Positions 61,605 through 64,000 of a stretch of DNA of 64,000 nucleotides are shown here, one piece after another. Position 1 is the first letter of the stretch. Every line of letters begins with the position of its first letter. The position numbers were made by a program, and so were the translations under genes. The DNA is from the human T2T-CHM13v2.0 reference genome, Homo sapiens. The notes below the pieces were generated by a model, which was given only the letters and a program-made list of their open reading frames with translations, was not told the origin of the DNA and did no database searches. The stretch lies in the NCBI RefSeq assembly GCF_009914755.1, contig NC_060930.1, one strand, 5' to 3'.

Positions 61605-62035
61605 ACTATCAGCTAACTTGGAAGCAACATCACACAGGATTTGGAATAAAGGGGCCCATGCGGTTTTGGACAAGTTACTTAAATGCTTCAAATCTTGGTT
61701 TTCTTAGTTTTAAAAGCAGGGATTGAAATACTGGTCCCCACAGAGTTTAAGGAAATGAGATAATTATATGTAAGATATCTACATGCGATCAGTTTGTAAA
61801 TTGAGAGGCAACTTATGAAATCTTACAAATTACACATGCAAGTGATTTTGGCTAGACAGGCTCTTTGTGCCTGATGCCAATGCTACTGATGTTAGTGATA
61901 ATTCTTTTTTCTTGAGCACCTGCTATATTCCAGGCCCTCTGCTAAGGGCTTGTAGTACATTTTCTCTAATCTTTATGACAACCCTTAAAAGTTAGATATT
62001 GTTATTACTACTCTGTCTACAGAACACTCAGCTTC
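61605..62035. mobile_element. Two MIR remnants (sense ~61605-61790, antisense ~61895-62035)
   Basis: TTGGACAAGTTACTTAA core; TTGAGCACCTGCTAT..CCAGGC.CT.TGCTAAG. Confidence 0.55.
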
Positions 62036-62613
62036 TATTTGTTAAACATGCACAGCTTCTTTACCCACTGGGTTGTAGATGAAGGCCTAAGTCCTAGAGT
62101 ATCTTCCATTCATTCTTCAAAAACTGGCTTGAATGTCACTTGTAATCCCTAGACTGGGCTTTCCCACAACCCCAGGCTAGGCCTAGGACTCATTCTCTTG
62201 GCTTCTTTAGTGACATTTCTTATATTCTGTGAGAGTTCAGATAATAGCACAAATAAACAAGGTAAGATACATAGGGCTTGGAGAGGGAAGAAGAAAGAAA
62301 AATCTGATTTTACAGATATGACAGAAAACAACTGCTTTAAGAGAAGGGAATTAAATATGAAATTAAAACCGCGGCCCTTGAGCTGAAAGGTGTTAATGAT
62401 GCTTGCTTATTAAGAGGAAAGCATTGTCCTTTTAGAAATTTATCTCTTCCCTTTTGTATTTGGTACCTGATTTAGAATAAAGTGCTTCGCTTGATGCTTA
62501 GCAGACTTAATTTTATCATTTTCTCGGGGAAAGAGACATGTTGATCAATGACAGCGGAGGGATATAGTGCCTCAAACAAACTAGTAGTAAGATTTCCCTC
62601 CTGCTGTGGTGCA

Positions 62614-62781
62614 GAAGCAGGAATGAAGCGCGAAAGCAGGAATGAGGCACGGAAGCAGGAATGAGGCGCGGAAGCAGGAATGAGGCGCGGAAGCAGGAAT
62701 GAGGCGCGGAAGCAGGAATGAGGCGCGGAAGCAGGAATGAGGCGCGGAAGCAGGAATGAGGCGCGGAAGCAGGAATGAGGC
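62614..62781. repeat. 19-bp minisatellite (GAAGCAGGAATGAGGCGCG) x ~8.8
   Basis: Units start at 62614, 62633, 62652, 62671, 62690, 62709, 62728, 62747 and 62766; units 3-8 are identical. Confidence 0.97.
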
Positions 62782-63189
62782 CACAGCTCCAGGCCTTGCT
62801 TTGCTCGCATGTGCTGATTTTGTACCAGAATGAAGCAGAAGCATGTTGTGCTTGAGATTAGAACCCTCATTTTTTATGAAGAATAATAAATTGTCAGTCT
62901 TCAAAGAGACACAGTGAGATGTATGGAAAAAATACTAAATTTGTGAATGGGAAAATGCTTTTATTCTCACGAAGATAAACTACAGGGAAATTTCTCAGGC
63001 ACAGTTCTGTGAAGGCTAAATATTGCCACAACTATTGTCAAGCCACCATTTCAGTAAGCAAGGCCCACGATAACATTCATAGACCTTAGCTTCTTTTGCC
63101 TTTGTGTGCCCTTTTTTCCCACTTAAAAAAATAAAAATTATATTTTATAACTGTGTTGGACAGATGTCTATGTTGATATTATATATTGC

Positions 63190-63278
63190 CTTGAGTCCAG
63201 GAGTTTGAGGTTACAGTGAACTGTGATGGCTCCACTGCACTCCAACTTGGGCAACTGAGTGAGACTCAGTCTCTTAAA
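63190..63278 (+). mobile_element. Alu monomer fragment (FLAM/AluJ-like)
   Basis: CTTGAGTCCAGGAGTTTGAGGTTACAGTGAACTGTGATGG..CCACTGCACTCCA. Confidence 0.8.
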
Positions 63279-63556
63279 ATATATATATGTATATAAATAT
63301 ATATACACATATATACGTATAAAATATATACATATAAATATATACATATAACTATATACATATAAAATATATAAAATATATATGTATATGTGTGTATATA
63401 TATTCTCTTCTTAAAAATATATATTTAAACTCAGTCTCATATATATATTAAATCTCTTCTTAAATACATACATTAAAAAATCTCTTAGTCTCTTAAAAAA
63501 ATATATATACACACACAAACATATATATGTGTGCGTGTGTGTATACATACACACAC
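63279..63556. repeat. (TA)n-rich low-complexity tract
   Basis: Directly visible. Confidence 0.9.
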
Positions 63557-63800
63557 TACAACGTTGTAGCAACCAAAAAAGCATATACAAGCATAAAAAC
63601 AGATACACAGACCAGTTGTACAGAATAGAGAACCCAGAAATAAATCCATGCATTTACAGCAAACTCATTTTCTCCTAAGGTGCTAAGAATAAAATTGGAG
63701 AAGGGACAGTCTCTTCAATAAACAGTTGGGAAAATTGGATATGCAGAAGAATAAAACTAGACCTCTACCTTCCACCATATACAAAAATCAACTAAAAATA
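63556..63800 (+). mobile_element. L1 ORF2 fragment (L1M/L1PB-like)
   Basis: AGAATAGAGAACCCAGAAATAAATCCA...GGACAGTCTCTTCAATAAA...TGGGAAAA. Confidence 0.8.
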
Positions 63801-64000
63801 GGCTGGGTGGGGTGGCTCGCACCTGTAAGGCCAGCACTTTGGGAGGCTGAGGCAGACAGATCACTTGAGGTCAGGAGTTCAAGATCAGCCACGCCAACAT
63901 GGCAAACCCCCATCTCTACTTAAAAATACAAAAATTAGCTGGGCATGGTGGCACACGCCTATAATCCTAGCTCCTTTGCAGGCCGAAGCACGAGAATCAC
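63801..64000 (+). mobile_element. AluS SINE, cut by the window edge
   Basis: Left arm, A-rich linker and start of the right arm. Confidence 0.93.

Noticed and set aside
62472-62904. Repetitive 107-132 aa ORFs; a possible CRISPR-like array
   Set aside because: The ORFs are translations of the 19-bp minisatellite; the units are contiguous with no unique spacers, and the DNA is eukaryotic

Overview
This is AT-rich, CpG-depleted primate (human-like/hominoid) non-coding DNA, intergenic or deep intronic. I recognise no host protein-coding exon, tRNA or rRNA; the long ORFs in the track are LINE-1 or other repeat-derived. The window is dominated by interspersed repeats. These include a full-length but dead L1PA3/4-like element (+, 52874-59028) and a 5'-truncated L1PA (-, 9769-13721) with a second L1 nested inside it. 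There is also a rearranged L1PB, a near-complete HSMAR2 mariner, THE1/MST/MLT1 solo LTRs, about 10 Alu copies or fragments, MIR/L2 and hAT MER elements. Family names come from my recall of consensus sequences, not from a database search. I found no convincing new biological system. The most notable structures are: (1) a ~290-bp poly(A)-tailed insert of ancient repeat debris flanked by a perfect 16-bp target-site duplication (orphan retrocopy/transduction, 925-1248); (2) a ~305-bp local duplication whose second copy replaces the interior of an L1PB, with an 84-bp identical core and one-sided CpG decay; (3) a TSD-less L1-in-L1 insertion whose in-frame junction removes the zinc-knuckle segment; (4) a CpG-rich 19-bp VNTR built from TEAD-, ETS- and E2F-like motifs; (5) an open, extended L1 ORF0.
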